Source of the DNA: a virus
Lineage: Duplodnaviria > Caudoviricetes
DNA length: 37,899 bases
Reading direction: 5' to 3' (one strand)
Virus record (IMG/VR): IMGVR_UViG_3300005259_000075
Span: 1 to 37,899 of that record
The position numbers were made by a program, and so were the translations under genes. Shown piece by piece: positions 1 to 8,685 of this stretch (position 1 is its first letter; each line of letters begins with the position of its first letter). The notes under the pieces were generated by a model. That model worked only from the letters and a program-made list of their open reading frames with translations. It was not told the DNA's origin and ran no database searches.

Positions 1-1272
1 ATGGCAAGGTCAAGTAAGGGCAGGATATTCAAGCGCGGAAAATTCTGGCAAATTCAATTTTATATCGACGGCAAGGAATTTAAACGCGCGTTGCGCGATG
101 ATGCAGGAAATCCTATTACCGACAAGCGCGAGGCCGAGAAAGTCCGCGATAAAATCATGGCACCGCTGGCCGCCCAAGATGAGGTAATTCGCCGTCAGCA
201 GGTGCAAACGGCGCTGGCTGCGGCGCAGGACATCGTCAAAGAAGCCGACCGGATTGCAAACAGGATTGCCATTATTGACGCATGGGCGCTATTCAAGCGC
301 AGCCCGAACCGTCCGCAGTGCGGTCCGGCAATGCTGACCGATTATGAATCCCGATGGAAAAAATTTTGCGACTGGCAACGGGAACAATTGCCGGGCCTGT
401 GCTGGATGAACGACATCACGCCCCAACACACCGATGAGTTTGCGGTATGGCTCACGGAAAGCGGTCTATCCGCCAATCGGTATAATAAAATTATCCAGGC
501 GTGTCGTTTGCTTTTTTCCGTGCTGAAAATAGCGGGTAATCCATTTCAGGAGATCAAAAGCAAGGCGCTGACCACGCACGGCCACCGGGAGCTGTCCGAG
601 GGCGAATTACGCGCCATATGCGCCGCCGCATCCGGCGAACTGCGGCTAATGCTGGCCATTGGACTCTATACGGCACTGAGATTAAAAGACGTGGCCCTGC
701 TGCGGTGGGAAAGCGTCGATTTGCAGAATAAAAAAATCGCGGTAATCCCGGCCAAAACAGTGCGCCGCGGCAAGGCCATTGTCATACCACTCCACCCCGT
801 ACTTGCGTTAATGCTGGAGGAAACACCACCGGAAAACCGGCGAGATTATGTTTTGCCGGATATGGCCAGACGATATCTAAACGACAACGCCAAAGTAACC
901 GATCTGATCCAGCGCCATTTTCGCGCCTGCGGGATCGAAACCAAAGAAAAGCACGACAATCAACTACTGGCTACCTGCCGCTGCGGTTTTCACAGCCTGC
1001 GCCACAGTTTTGTCAGTGTCTGCGCCAGCAAGGGCGTCCCATTGGCATTTGTGCAGGAATTATGCGGACACAGCAACCCGGCAATCCAGCGTCATTATCT
1101 GCATCTCGGTGCCACCGAAACCGCCGCCGCGATCAATGCGCTGCCGGATATATCAACCGAGGTGGCCGCACCAGCAGAGCCGGAGCGGGAACGGCTGGCC
1201 GAATTTGCCCGCATCGGCGATATTGCAAAAATCAGAAAATGTCTGAAAATTGCCGGACTGACAATATTATAA
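1..1272 (+). CDS. int: Tyrosine recombinase, phage integrase
   Basis: N-terminal arm-binding-like GRIFKRGKFWQIQF; catalytic motifs TALRLKD (R), HSLRHSF (HxxR), LCGHSNPAIQRHY (H...Y). Confidence 0.95.
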   Translation: MARSSKGRIFKRGKFWQIQFYIDGKEFKRALRDDAGNPITDKREAEKVRDKIMAPLAAQDEVIRRQQVQTALAAAQDIVKEADRIANRIAIIDAWALFKRSPNRPQCGPAMLTDYESRWKKFCDWQREQLPGLCWMNDITPQHTDEFAVWLTESGLSANRYNKIIQACRLLFSVLKIAGNPFQEIKSKALTTHGHRELSEGELRAICAAASGELRLMLAIGLYTALRLKDVALLRWESVDLQNKKIAVIPAKTVRRGKAIVIPLHPVLALMLEETPPENRRDYVLPDMARRYLNDNAKVTDLIQRHFRACGIETKEKHDNQLLATCRCGFHSLRHSFVSVCASKGVPLAFVQELCGHSNPAIQRHYLHLGATETAAAINALPDISTEVAAPAEPERERLAEFARIGDIAKIRKCLKIAGLTIL

Positions 1273-1374
1273 CGCCGAACTGTGCGAGCGCCTGGCGGCG
1301 ATGACGGCCAAAACGTGGAAAAAAATACGCGATGAGTTATTATCTGACTAATGATAGACACCGCGCGGCAGCGC

Positions 1375-1632
1375 CTACCTAACCCTCATCCCGCATTGCG
1401 GGCAAATGACCTGCTGCTGGATCGGCCAGAACAGATAAATGATGCCGGGAACAAGGAAAAAGCACAGCAAAAGCAATAGGACAATGAGCGATTTACCGCC
1501 GACAGCTTTGCCCACTCCCTTAAAGTTGCAATTCTGGTTGGGGCAAATAATTTGCAATTGTTTGGCGCGTGATCCGCGATAAGCGATCCAAAGCACGATT
1601 AAAAAAAATATTAAAAACAGTGCAGTTCCCAT
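1375..1632 (-). CDS. Small membrane protein with split zinc ribbon (LITAF-like architecture)
   Basis: N-terminal TM helix; CPNQNC and CPQCG flank a second hydrophobic segment. Confidence 0.7.
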   Translation of the reverse strand: MGTALFLIFFLIVLWIAYRGSRAKQLQIICPNQNCNFKGVGKAVGGKSLIVLLLLLCFFLVPGIIYLFWPIQQQVICPQCGMRVR

Positions 1633-1635
1633 TGC

Positions 1636-2175
1636 TTAAATCCCCTCAGTATTTACGCCGGAGTTGGCTTTTTCAATGCGTTCTTTCTTGGCAAGTTCCT
1701 CGTTTTCCCGGTTGTAATAACGAATGTCAATTGACGCTGCTTTGTGGTCCGACGAATATTTGATCAATATGGAGGAGCCAGCAGGATAAAAAAAGGTTGT
1801 CCTGCTTCCAATTGACAAGTCGGATTTGCCCTTGCCATATTTCTTTTCGTACAGCGCCACTACCTGCTCATAAAAATTCAATCCATTCGCTCGCGGCACT
1901 TCGGCACAGGCCCAAATCGAATAGACTTTATGTGTTATCGGCGTAATCATCACATAATAATCAGAAAAACCAGAAAGCCCCGGCTTGGGGGTAAACGCAT
2001 ACATCGTCTCGCCATCTTGTAGCTGGCTGTTGTCTTGAGATTCCCGTGGTTGCCATATCGTGTTAAATTTTACACCAAAAGCGCCGAGCAGAGGTTTAGC
2101 AGCAGCGGGCGCGGGAGTTTGCGCACAACAATAAATGTTGATAACAAACGTTAATACAAATGCAATAATCCTCAT
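1636..2175 (-). CDS. Exported protein of unknown function (lysogenic conversion candidate)
   Basis: Signal peptide MRIIAFVLTFVINIYCCA; GAGGGG SD; own consensus promoter. Confidence 0.75.
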   Translation of the reverse strand: MRIIAFVLTFVINIYCCAQTPAPAAAKPLLGAFGVKFNTIWQPRESQDNSQLQDGETMYAFTPKPGLSGFSDYYVMITPITHKVYSIWACAEVPRANGLNFYEQVVALYEKKYGKGKSDLSIGSRTTFFYPAGSSILIKYSSDHKAASIDIRYYNRENEELAKKERIEKANSGVNTEGI

Positions 2176-2204
2176 TTATTCCCCTCGTAATTGTGATGCT
2201 AATA

Positions 2205-2233
2205 ATTGTACCACCGGGGATAATAATTGTCAA
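2205..2233 (-). promoter_or_regulatory. Sigma70-type promoter for 1636..2175 and 1375..1632
   Basis: Minus strand TTGACA-17 nt-TACAAT; TAATAATTGT occurs twice (2200..2209, 2221..2230). Confidence 0.75.
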
Positions 2234-2245
2234 ATACTTATCGGA

Positions 2246-2593
2246 CTATGCTTTGTTTTTGATTCTGGCAATATAGGCAAGCACTTTTCGCTTGCGGTCG
2301 GGGGAAAGCTCCTGCAGGTCGGTCATAATCTGGGCACCGATGTGATCGATGACGCCGCCGGAGAAACATGGACAGTGATCTTCCAGCGGGCAGCCCGGCG
2401 TCGGCTTGTATCCCGTCAGACGTTCGATCGCGCGGTAAAACTCCACTGATATCTGCGTGGGATCGACGCTCCGCAGCCAGCGCGATACAGTGGTCTGCGA
2501 TACACCGAGCGCCTGGGCAATTGCTTCGTCGCTGGTTCTGGTCTGATGCTTGTACTGTAATAGCAGCACTGCGTGATATGATCTTTTTTCCAT
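2246..2593 (-). CDS. XRE-like helix-turn-helix regulator
   Basis: SDEAIAQALGVSQTTVSRWL HTH signature; central CPLEDHCPC. Confidence 0.75.
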   Translation of the reverse strand: MEKRSYHAVLLLQYKHQTRTSDEAIAQALGVSQTTVSRWLRSVDPTQISVEFYRAIERLTGYKPTPGCPLEDHCPCFSGGVIDHIGAQIMTDLQELSPDRKRKVLAYIARIKNKA

Positions 2594-2755
2594 GCTTTAA
2601 AATAACCAGTTGCCGGTGGCATTTCCTGCAGGGCTGGTCATTTCAGGCAAATCAGGCATATGCAGCCTTGATGATGCACAAATAATTACAATGTCCACGC
2701 CGAATACATGCACATGGCTGTAGTTTTTTGCTATATATATATTTCCGACATGATT

Positions 2756-2784
2756 AAAGTACAATTTTTTTAAGTTATTTTCAA
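2756..2784 (-). promoter_or_regulatory. Putative sigma70 promoter for the second HTH gene
   Basis: Minus strand TTGAAA-17 nt-TACTTT in an AT-rich intergenic region. Confidence 0.5.
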
Positions 2785-2897
2785 TACGTATTAGCCGAAT
2801 AAAACAATAAAACGCGCTTTTTAAACACTTATTTTCAAGATCGGAAAGTTGGCATGATTTTAGCAGCTAGGAATTTTTTGCCGACACACAAAGCAAC

Positions 2898-2925
2898 AAA
2901 AAAATACCCGGCGTGGGGCCGGGTA
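2898..2925 (-). terminator. Rho-independent terminator of the repressor gene
   Basis: TACCCGGC-GTGGG-GCCGGGTA 8-bp stem, followed on the minus strand by a T run. Confidence 0.8.
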
Positions 2926-2942
2926 GGGAGTAGAGGGAATGA

Positions 2943-3416
2943 TTAACTGGTTTTATCGTCAATCTTTGTTTTGGGAACGGTTCGATAGACATTTGCAGAT
3001 TCGCGCACACCGGCGTGTTGTGCCATTATATCCTGATTCGCCGCCATTCCTCGTTCAATAAATAGAATTGTTTTTAACTGCTGATCTTCGGTTAATTGCC
3101 GAAATTTAGTCAACAACAATTTTTCCAACGTTCCAACAGCGTAATATTCATTTTGTGCCGAGAATTTCTGTTCCTGGACATTTTCGACTTCATCATCGAA
3201 TTCCGGATTTAAATGCAACGCGCTCACATCTAGATAAAAGGCAATAGTTTTCAGTTGCTTGATAGGGGGATTGCGTTGATTGCTTTCGTACAACGCAATA
3301 CTATTGCGCGAAATTCCGGTTTCATCTGCCAACCGCTGTTGCGATAAATTGGCTTGTTCGCGAAAAAACTTTATCCGTGAACCCGTAGTTGGGAGGGTCT
3401 TCCAATCGATATTCAT
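2943..3416 (-). CDS. CI-like immunity repressor (HTH_XRE), no peptidase S24 domain seen
   Basis: RIKFFREQANLSQQRLADETGISRNSIALYESNQRNP; start moved to ATG 3416 behind an AGGAG SD; divergent from the early operon. Confidence 0.85.
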   Translation of the reverse strand: MNIDWKTLPTTGSRIKFFREQANLSQQRLADETGISRNSIALYESNQRNPPIKQLKTIAFYLDVSALHLNPEFDDEVENVQEQKFSAQNEYYAVGTLEKLLLTKFRQLTEDQQLKTILFIERGMAANQDIMAQHAGVRESANVYRTVPKTKIDDKTS

Positions 3417-3464
3417 ATTTTTATCTCCTAAATAATATACAAATGTTTCTGTTTGTGTATTAAT

Positions 3465-3493
3465 AATGTAAACCACAAAACAAAATTTGTCAA
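3465..3493 (-). promoter_or_regulatory. Leftward (repressor) promoter
   Basis: Minus strand TTGACA-17 nt-TACATT. Confidence 0.7.
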
Positions 3494-3512
3494 CAAAAAA
3501 CAGTAATTTTGC

Positions 3513-3541
3513 TTGACATGTTTCTCTTTGTGTATTAAAAT
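3513..3541 (+). promoter_or_regulatory. Rightward early lytic promoter
   Basis: TTGACA-17 nt-TAAAAT. Confidence 0.75.
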
Positions 3542-3584
3542 TAACTTATCCACAATCAATATTGCACACAGGAGGAAACACAGC

Positions 3585-3806
3585 ATGAAAGATGTAAAAA
3601 GTGTTACCATTCGCGGCGAAAAAGTAACTCAGCTCAAAGAATTGGCCAAGTTAAATGATATTCCTGCGGCGGTAATAGCCAGAAAGCTTACAACGGCCTT
3701 GTTGTATGGCACCAAAAAATTAAAGGCAGCAGATTTACAGGCCGCCTTGGGATTGACCGAAATAAAAATTTTCCACCCGATTGATGATCCCCCTACTGTT
3801 GTTTAA
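3585..3806 (+). CDS. Small DNA-binding protein in the Cro position, ribbon-helix-helix-like
   Basis: AGGAGG SD before ATG 3585; KSVTIRGEKVTQLKELAK...AAVIARKL strand-helix-helix pattern. Confidence 0.6.
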   Translation: MKDVKSVTIRGEKVTQLKELAKLNDIPAAVIARKLTTALLYGTKKLKAADLQAALGLTEIKIFHPIDDPPTVV

Positions 3807-3922
3807 TCCCCCATCCCCCGGCGGCCTCGCGGGGTGCCGCCAGAGCAAATAACCCCGATCATGCCGAGCCCGGCGGCAGAATATCCGGGCACCAATAATC
3901 AACAACATGAGAGGCTTAATAG

Positions 3923-4654
3923 ATGGGCAATGCAAGCATAATTGAGTTTCACGAGGCGGCAAACTTGTTTCCGATGATGTCGGAAGATGAGTTCAGCGCC
4001 TTAAAAAAGGATATTGCCACCAACGGTCTGGTTGAGCCGATTTGGATGTATGATGGAAAAATTATTGACGGGCGCAACCGTTATCGGGCCTGTCTGGAAA
4101 CCAACGTTGTACCACGCTTTCGGCAATGGAACGGCGATGGTTCACTGGTGGCATTCGTAATCAGTTTAAATTTACAACGTCGCAGCCTGACCAGCAGCCA
4201 GAAGGCAACTATCGCCGTGCAATCCCTGCCGATGATCGAAGCCGAAGCCAAGGAACGGCAGCTATCAGGATTAAAACAGGGAGCAAAAATGCCCGTTGTT
4301 CAAAAAGTTGAACAACGGACAGAACCAGCTAAAAAGTCTATCGAAATTGCCGCCGAGATAACGGGAACCAATCACGAATATGTTGCCAGTGCCAAGAACA
4401 TCCAGAAAAGCGATCCGGCAATGTTCAAACGAATTCAGAACGGGGAGATTTCAATCAAGAGAGCCAAGGAGGAAATCAAAAAAAAAGACAGAAAAGAAAA
4501 TCCGTCAATCACCTGCCGGAACGAATGCACTGAGGCGTTGCAATTTTCCGCTATCGCCATCAATCAACTCCGGCGCATCCGTCAAGACGATCCGCGCCGG
4601 ATCGAAGCACTGAATAAAGTATTAACTTACATCAACAAGGAACTTGTACAATGA
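3923..4654 (+). CDS. ParB/Srx N-terminal domain protein
   Basis: FHEAANLFPMM...LKKDIATNGLVEPI...IIDGRNRYRAC...NLQRR. Confidence 0.85.
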   Translation: MGNASIIEFHEAANLFPMMSEDEFSALKKDIATNGLVEPIWMYDGKIIDGRNRYRACLETNVVPRFRQWNGDGSLVAFVISLNLQRRSLTSSQKATIAVQSLPMIEAEAKERQLSGLKQGAKMPVVQKVEQRTEPAKKSIEIAAEITGTNHEYVASAKNIQKSDPAMFKRIQNGEISIKRAKEEIKKKDRKENPSITCRNECTEALQFSAIAINQLRRIRQDDPRRIEALNKVLTYINKELVQ

Positions 4655-5415
4655 ACCTGTTAAACACGACCAACTACAAAATGTTTCAACTGCTCGAATT
4701 CAACCGGTCTGTGACAAAAACACAGAAATTGGAACAATCCATGATGAAATATGGTTTTATTCCGGCCTATCCGCTACACGTTGTTAAATGCGGCAGGTGG
4801 TTAAAAATCAAAGCCGGGCACCATCGCTTTACGGTGGCAAGAAAGCTTGGATTACCGATTTATTATGTGATTTGTGATGACGATGCTTCCATTCACGAGC
4901 TGGAAAGCGCAACCGTGTCATGGAGCATGCAGGACTATCTTGATTCGTTCGTCCGTTGCGGCAACCCCAATTACATCGCAATACAGGAATATCACGAAAG
5001 AACAGGGATTGCGCTGGGGCTGTGTGCCTCAATGCTTTTTGGGCAGTCCGCCAATAGTGGAAATTGTAACCAAAGTTTCAAAACCGGTGAATATAAAGTC
5101 AAAGACACTACACACGCCGAGCGGGTTGAAGATCTGGTTAGTCTGTTAAAAACATGCGGAATAGCATGGGCGAGCGACCGAGCCTTGGTAATTTCTCTCT
5201 CACAAATCGTGTTGGCGAAAATTATTGATATTGGTCGGCTGAAAAATAAAATCCGCGCCCATTGTTTTCTGATTCGAAAATACGCCACCGCCGAACAATA
5301 TCTCGATATGTGGGAAGATGTTTACAACCGTCAGCACAAGGGCGAAAAAACACCTCTGACTATTTTGGTAAAGCAGGAAGCCAAAAAACGCAGCGCGGTA
5401 CCTCACCAAGGATAA
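4651..5415 (+). CDS. Second ParB-like domain protein
   Basis: TTNYKMF...NR...SMMKYG...IKAGHHRFTVARKLGLPIYY; ATGA-coupled to the upstream gene. Confidence 0.7.
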   Translation: MNLLNTTNYKMFQLLEFNRSVTKTQKLEQSMMKYGFIPAYPLHVVKCGRWLKIKAGHHRFTVARKLGLPIYYVICDDDASIHELESATVSWSMQDYLDSFVRCGNPNYIAIQEYHERTGIALGLCASMLFGQSANSGNCNQSFKTGEYKVKDTTHAERVEDLVSLLKTCGIAWASDRALVISLSQIVLAKIIDIGRLKNKIRAHCFLIRKYATAEQYLDMWEDVYNRQHKGEKTPLTILVKQEAKKRSAVPHQG

Positions 5416-5431
5416 ATACGGGAGGCGAATC

Positions 5432-5653
5432 ATGTGCTACAGAATAATCTTTGGTCAACCACATGTTTACCGGCGGCCCCGGCAGCCGTCATTGCTGCCA
5501 GCCCGGCAGCGGCAAATGATCGACGTGGCGGTGCTGTTTGCACTGGTAGGGCTGGTAGTCGGTATGTTACTGTGCACGGTAATCAATAACACAATCCGGC
5601 ACCACGTCAGCGCGGAGGATGCGGCGGGGCAAAGAATAGAGGTGAAGAAATGA
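5432..5653 (+). CDS. Small membrane protein
   Basis: One hydrophobic helix; GGAGG SD; stop overlaps the next start. Confidence 0.6.
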   Translation: MCYRIIFGQPHVYRRPRQPSLLPARQRQMIDVAVLFALVGLVVGMLLCTVINNTIRHHVSAEDAAGQRIEVKK

Positions 5654-5970
5654 AAATCAATCCGCAGGTTTTGGCCGCCGCCGTCGCCGTATTGCGTACC
5701 GCCAACCCGGAAATTACCGCCGCCGCGCTGGAACAGGCGCTCGACGCTCCGCCACCGGTTGCCGCGAGTCCGTCCGCGCCGCGCCGAATGTTTACCCTGG
5801 GAGAATTCGCCAAATTGATCGGCGTTAGCCTGCCGACCGTTTTTCGCATGATGAAGAGCGGCGAACTGCAAACAGTTAAAATCGGCCAGCGTAATACCCG
5901 GATCACGGCGGCAGAGGTGGACCGCTATGTAAATGGTACTTTGCATACAGCAAAAACCGAGGGGTGCTAA
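5650..5970 (+). CDS. Excisionase-like HTH_17 DNA-binding protein
   Basis: MFTLGEFAKLIGVSLPTVFRMMKSGELQTVKIGQRNTRITAAEVDRYV. Confidence 0.85.
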   Translation: MKINPQVLAAAVAVLRTANPEITAAALEQALDAPPPVAASPSAPRRMFTLGEFAKLIGVSLPTVFRMMKSGELQTVKIGQRNTRITAAEVDRYVNGTLHTAKTEGC

Positions 5971-5971
5971 A

Positions 5972-6343
5972 ATGCTGATCAGCGGATATATGGCGTGGCG
6001 GATATACCGCCTGGCGTTTGAATCGCTGCAACGGCTGACCGTGCGGCAGGTGGTGATCCGGCGCGGGAAAAAGGTTAGCCTCTACGATGATGCCGAAGCG
6101 GCGGCGGAGCGGGCGCGGATCGATGCGCCGAAACCGTTGCTTTGTCCGCGCTGTCATGGTCTGAACGATACGAAATTTTCCTACTGTGACAGCTGCCGCA
6201 GGGAATTACAGGCATTGCGGGCGAAACCCAAAAATCGGGCAATGACGCACGCCGAAATCGTGGCCTGGAACGCGGCGCATCCCTGGGATTTGAGCCGCGA
6301 GGGGCTGGCGGCGACGCTGAAAAAGAGGGGGAACGAAGGATAG
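5972..6343 (+). CDS. Hypothetical zinc-ribbon protein
   Basis: CPRC...CDSC; GAGGGG SD before ATG 5972. Confidence 0.6.
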   Translation: MLISGYMAWRIYRLAFESLQRLTVRQVVIRRGKKVSLYDDAEAAAERARIDAPKPLLCPRCHGLNDTKFSYCDSCRRELQALRAKPKNRAMTHAEIVAWNAAHPWDLSREGLAATLKKRGNEG

Positions 6344-6396
6344 CATTTAGCATTTAGAAGATAGCATTTAGCATTTAGAAGATAGCATTTAGCATA
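6341..6396 (+). repeat. TAGCATT heptamer array 1 (8 units, 21-bp higher-order period)
   Basis: (TAGCATT TAGCATT TAGAAGA)x2 TAGCATT TAGCATA. Confidence 0.95.
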
Positions 6397-6425
6397 AAAA
6401 AACAAACAAAGAAACAGGGGAAATT

Positions 6426-7145
6426 ATGAAAGTACAGATCAATTTTTGGAATGGAAAAACGGCACTGGAGTATGAGGCGGAGAATATTGCCAAGGCGCTT
6501 GAGATGGCAGTAAAAGACGGAGCCGACCTCACCAGAGCCAACCTCTACGGAGCCGACCTCACCAGAGCCAACCTCACCAGAGCCAACCTCTACGGAGCCG
6601 ACCTCACCAGAGCCAACCTCACCAGAGCCGACCTCTACGGAGCCGACCTCACCAGAGCCAACCTCTACGGAGCCAACCTCTACGGAGCCGACCTCACCAG
6701 AGCCAACCTCACCAGAGCCAACCTCACCGGAGCCGACCTCACCAGAACCGACCTCACCAGAGCCAACCTCACCAGAGCCAACCTCACCGGAGCCGACCTC
6801 ACCAGAGCCAACCTCACCGGAGCCGACCTCACCGGAGCCGACCTCACCAGAGCCAACCTCACCGGAGCCGACCTAGAAGTTAACGGCAAAAAGCTCTGGG
6901 CAACACGTCCAATCCTACAACTCGGGCCATGCGGCGGTGTTAATCGTACCACGATTGTTTATCTGTTTGATGACAAATCTGATCCTGAAATCCGTTGCGG
7001 ATGTTTTACTGGTGATCTGGCACAGTTCCGCGCGAAAATCAAAGAAACCCACGGTGGTGCTTTTCACGAGCGGGAATACAACGCGATGGCGGATCATATC
7101 GAAGCGATCTACAAAATCCAGCAGTCAGAAGTAAACGCGGAATAA
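6426..7145 (+). CDS. Pentapeptide-repeat protein with C-terminal CGCFxG domain
   Basis: 24 consecutive A(D/N)Lxx-type repeats; C-terminal IRCGCFTGDLAQFRAKIKETH. Confidence 0.92.
   Translation: MKVQINFWNGKTALEYEAENIAKALEMAVKDGADLTRANLYGADLTRANLTRANLYGADLTRANLTRADLYGADLTRANLYGANLYGADLTRANLTRANLTGADLTRTDLTRANLTRANLTGADLTRANLTGADLTGADLTRANLTGADLEVNGKKLWATRPILQLGPCGGVNRTTIVYLFDDKSDPEIRCGCFTGDLAQFRAKIKETHGGAFHEREYNAMADHIEAIYKIQQSEVNAE
6519..6874 (+). repeat. 15-bp coding tandem repeat, about 24 units
   Basis: (G/A)GAGCC(G/A)ACCTC(ACC/TAC) units with almost no synonymous variation. Confidence 0.95.
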
Positions 7146-7251
7146 AATTTATGTCGGAATATGGTTGTGGAAGACTGAACCGACACAAAACAAATAGGAA
7201 ACCCGATGACGCCCCGGAAAGACGGGGAATAATCAACAAAAGAGGCGAGAA

Positions 7252-7923
7252 ATGGAAACGATTAAGAAAATGATGGATGCGGCGATTGATCGGATGAACA
7301 CTTCCGGGGAACTGGAAAAGATGATCCAGAAGAAAATTACCGAATGCGTTGACAATGCAATCGGTAGTTATTTCGGATATAAGATGTCACAACAGATTGC
7401 CGAAGCGTTACAAGCGGCGTTGGTGTTTGATCCGAAACGGATCGGGTTTGAGCAGTTTACCGACAGCATTATCAAAACGGTTCAGTCACGGTTACAGGTA
7501 TTGACCGCCGAGCAGGTGCAGAAAATTGACGAGGTTATCAAGGCTCAACTCGAACAGCCGCCGGACGAAATCAAACTTTCCGATCTGATGAATCGTTTTC
7601 GCCATGATCGTCGCGATGATATCAAGGGGCTTTATACCCTGCATATCGAACCGGAAACATACGGCGACGGATACATGATACGGTTCGACACCAAAGCCGC
7701 CGCCGGGAAGTGGGAATGTGCCTATACGATTCGCGTTGACCGCGAGCAAAAGGTTTGGCTGGTGGAAATCGGCAACAAAAAAGGGGAAGATATTTTCCTG
7801 CGGCGACTCTGGGGCTTTGACATGTTGGTTTATCGGCTCTGGATGCACAAGTCAAAGCTGATTGTCGATACCCGCGATATTGATACATCATCGGAAGAAA
7901 ATGACGACGAAAACGAAGATTAA
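7252..7923 (+). CDS. Hypothetical phage protein
   Basis: 223-aa ORF with GAGG SD, co-oriented in the early operon. Confidence 0.8.
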   Translation: METIKKMMDAAIDRMNTSGELEKMIQKKITECVDNAIGSYFGYKMSQQIAEALQAALVFDPKRIGFEQFTDSIIKTVQSRLQVLTAEQVQKIDEVIKAQLEQPPDEIKLSDLMNRFRHDRRDDIKGLYTLHIEPETYGDGYMIRFDTKAAAGKWECAYTIRVDREQKVWLVEIGNKKGEDIFLRRLWGFDMLVYRLWMHKSKLIVDTRDIDTSSEENDDENED

Positions 7924-7935
7924 GCGAGGCGAGAA

Positions 7936-8673
7936 ATGATGGAAGAAAAGCAAGCGGCTCCGATTGATAAAATCAAAAAGCTGCTGGCATTGAGCCAGAG
8001 CAACAATGAAAATGAGGCGGCGGTAGCACTGGCGCAGGCAATGAAGCTGGCGGCGGCACATGGGCTGGAAATCAAGGATATTGAGGCCAGCGGAAGCGAA
8101 CAGATTGAACGCGAAGATATCGGCAAATTCAAGTCGTCAATTCCGCAATGGGAAAAGATTCTGGCTGCAAATCTGGCTCACGTCTTTGGTTGTCGGCTGA
8201 TCCATTCATACAGCCGGGTGTGGCTGACCGGACGCAGGGTAAGCAAGATGGTAGCGGTGGGCTTTGCCACGGATGTAAAGATTTTTACTTATGTCCACGC
8301 CTATCTGTTACAGACGTTGAAACGACTGACCAAAGAAAAACTTGCCCGGCATATGCACGGACGTTCCGCCAAAATTCAACGATCATTTTTGCTCGGCGGA
8401 ACCTGGGCGGTATTGGAAAATGCCGAAAAGGTTTTTCGGCGTGAAGCTACCCCTGAGGAAAATCAACTTTACGCACTGGTTTTAAAACGCGGCGGATTGG
8501 TTGATAAACATCTGGCGGGTATGCAGACGGCCAGAACAAAAAAAGTCGGTGATGTTGACGGTCTGGCCTTTGCCGCCGGATATGAATTTGGAAAAAGAAT
8601 TCCGCTCAATAAGGGTATTGAAGCGGCAGAAGCGGAAAAACAAGCGCTGAAAAGTACGGCGCTGCTGAGTTAA
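7936..8673 (+). CDS. DUF2786-type phage protein
   Basis: IDKIKKLLALSQSNNENEAAVALAQAMKLAAAHGL N-terminus; RSFLLG; AFAAGYEFGKRIPLN C-terminus. Confidence 0.85.
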   Translation: MMEEKQAAPIDKIKKLLALSQSNNENEAAVALAQAMKLAAAHGLEIKDIEASGSEQIEREDIGKFKSSIPQWEKILAANLAHVFGCRLIHSYSRVWLTGRRVSKMVAVGFATDVKIFTYVHAYLLQTLKRLTKEKLARHMHGRSAKIQRSFLLGGTWAVLENAEKVFRREATPEENQLYALVLKRGGLVDKHLAGMQTARTKKVGDVDGLAFAAGYEFGKRIPLNKGIEAAEAEKQALKSTALLS

Positions 8674-8685
8674 TGAGGCGAAATA

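Larger units (their letters stand above)
3443..3580. promoter_or_regulatory. Candidate operators: 21-bp direct repeat plus a degenerate inverted copy
   Basis: ATGTTTCT(G/C)TTTGTGTATTAA at 3443..3463 and 3518..3538; ACACAGGAGGAAACA at 3566..3580 resembles the reverse complement. Confidence 0.65.

Noticed and set aside
5964-5977. Inverted TAGCATT-like copy upstream of the 5972 gene
   Set aside because: Only about two imperfect units; compatible with chance
6181-6405. Minus-strand ORF with repeated AKCYLLN
   Set aside because: Product of the heptamer array read on the reverse strand; overlaps a better plus-strand gene
6341-6874. CRISPR array
   Set aside because: Repeats are contiguous 7- or 15-bp tandem units without unique spacers; no cas genes
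7203-7232. Hammerhead ribozyme (CCGATGA-stem-GAAT)
   Set aside because: Core deviates from CUGAnGA and GAAA, and stems I and III could not be formed
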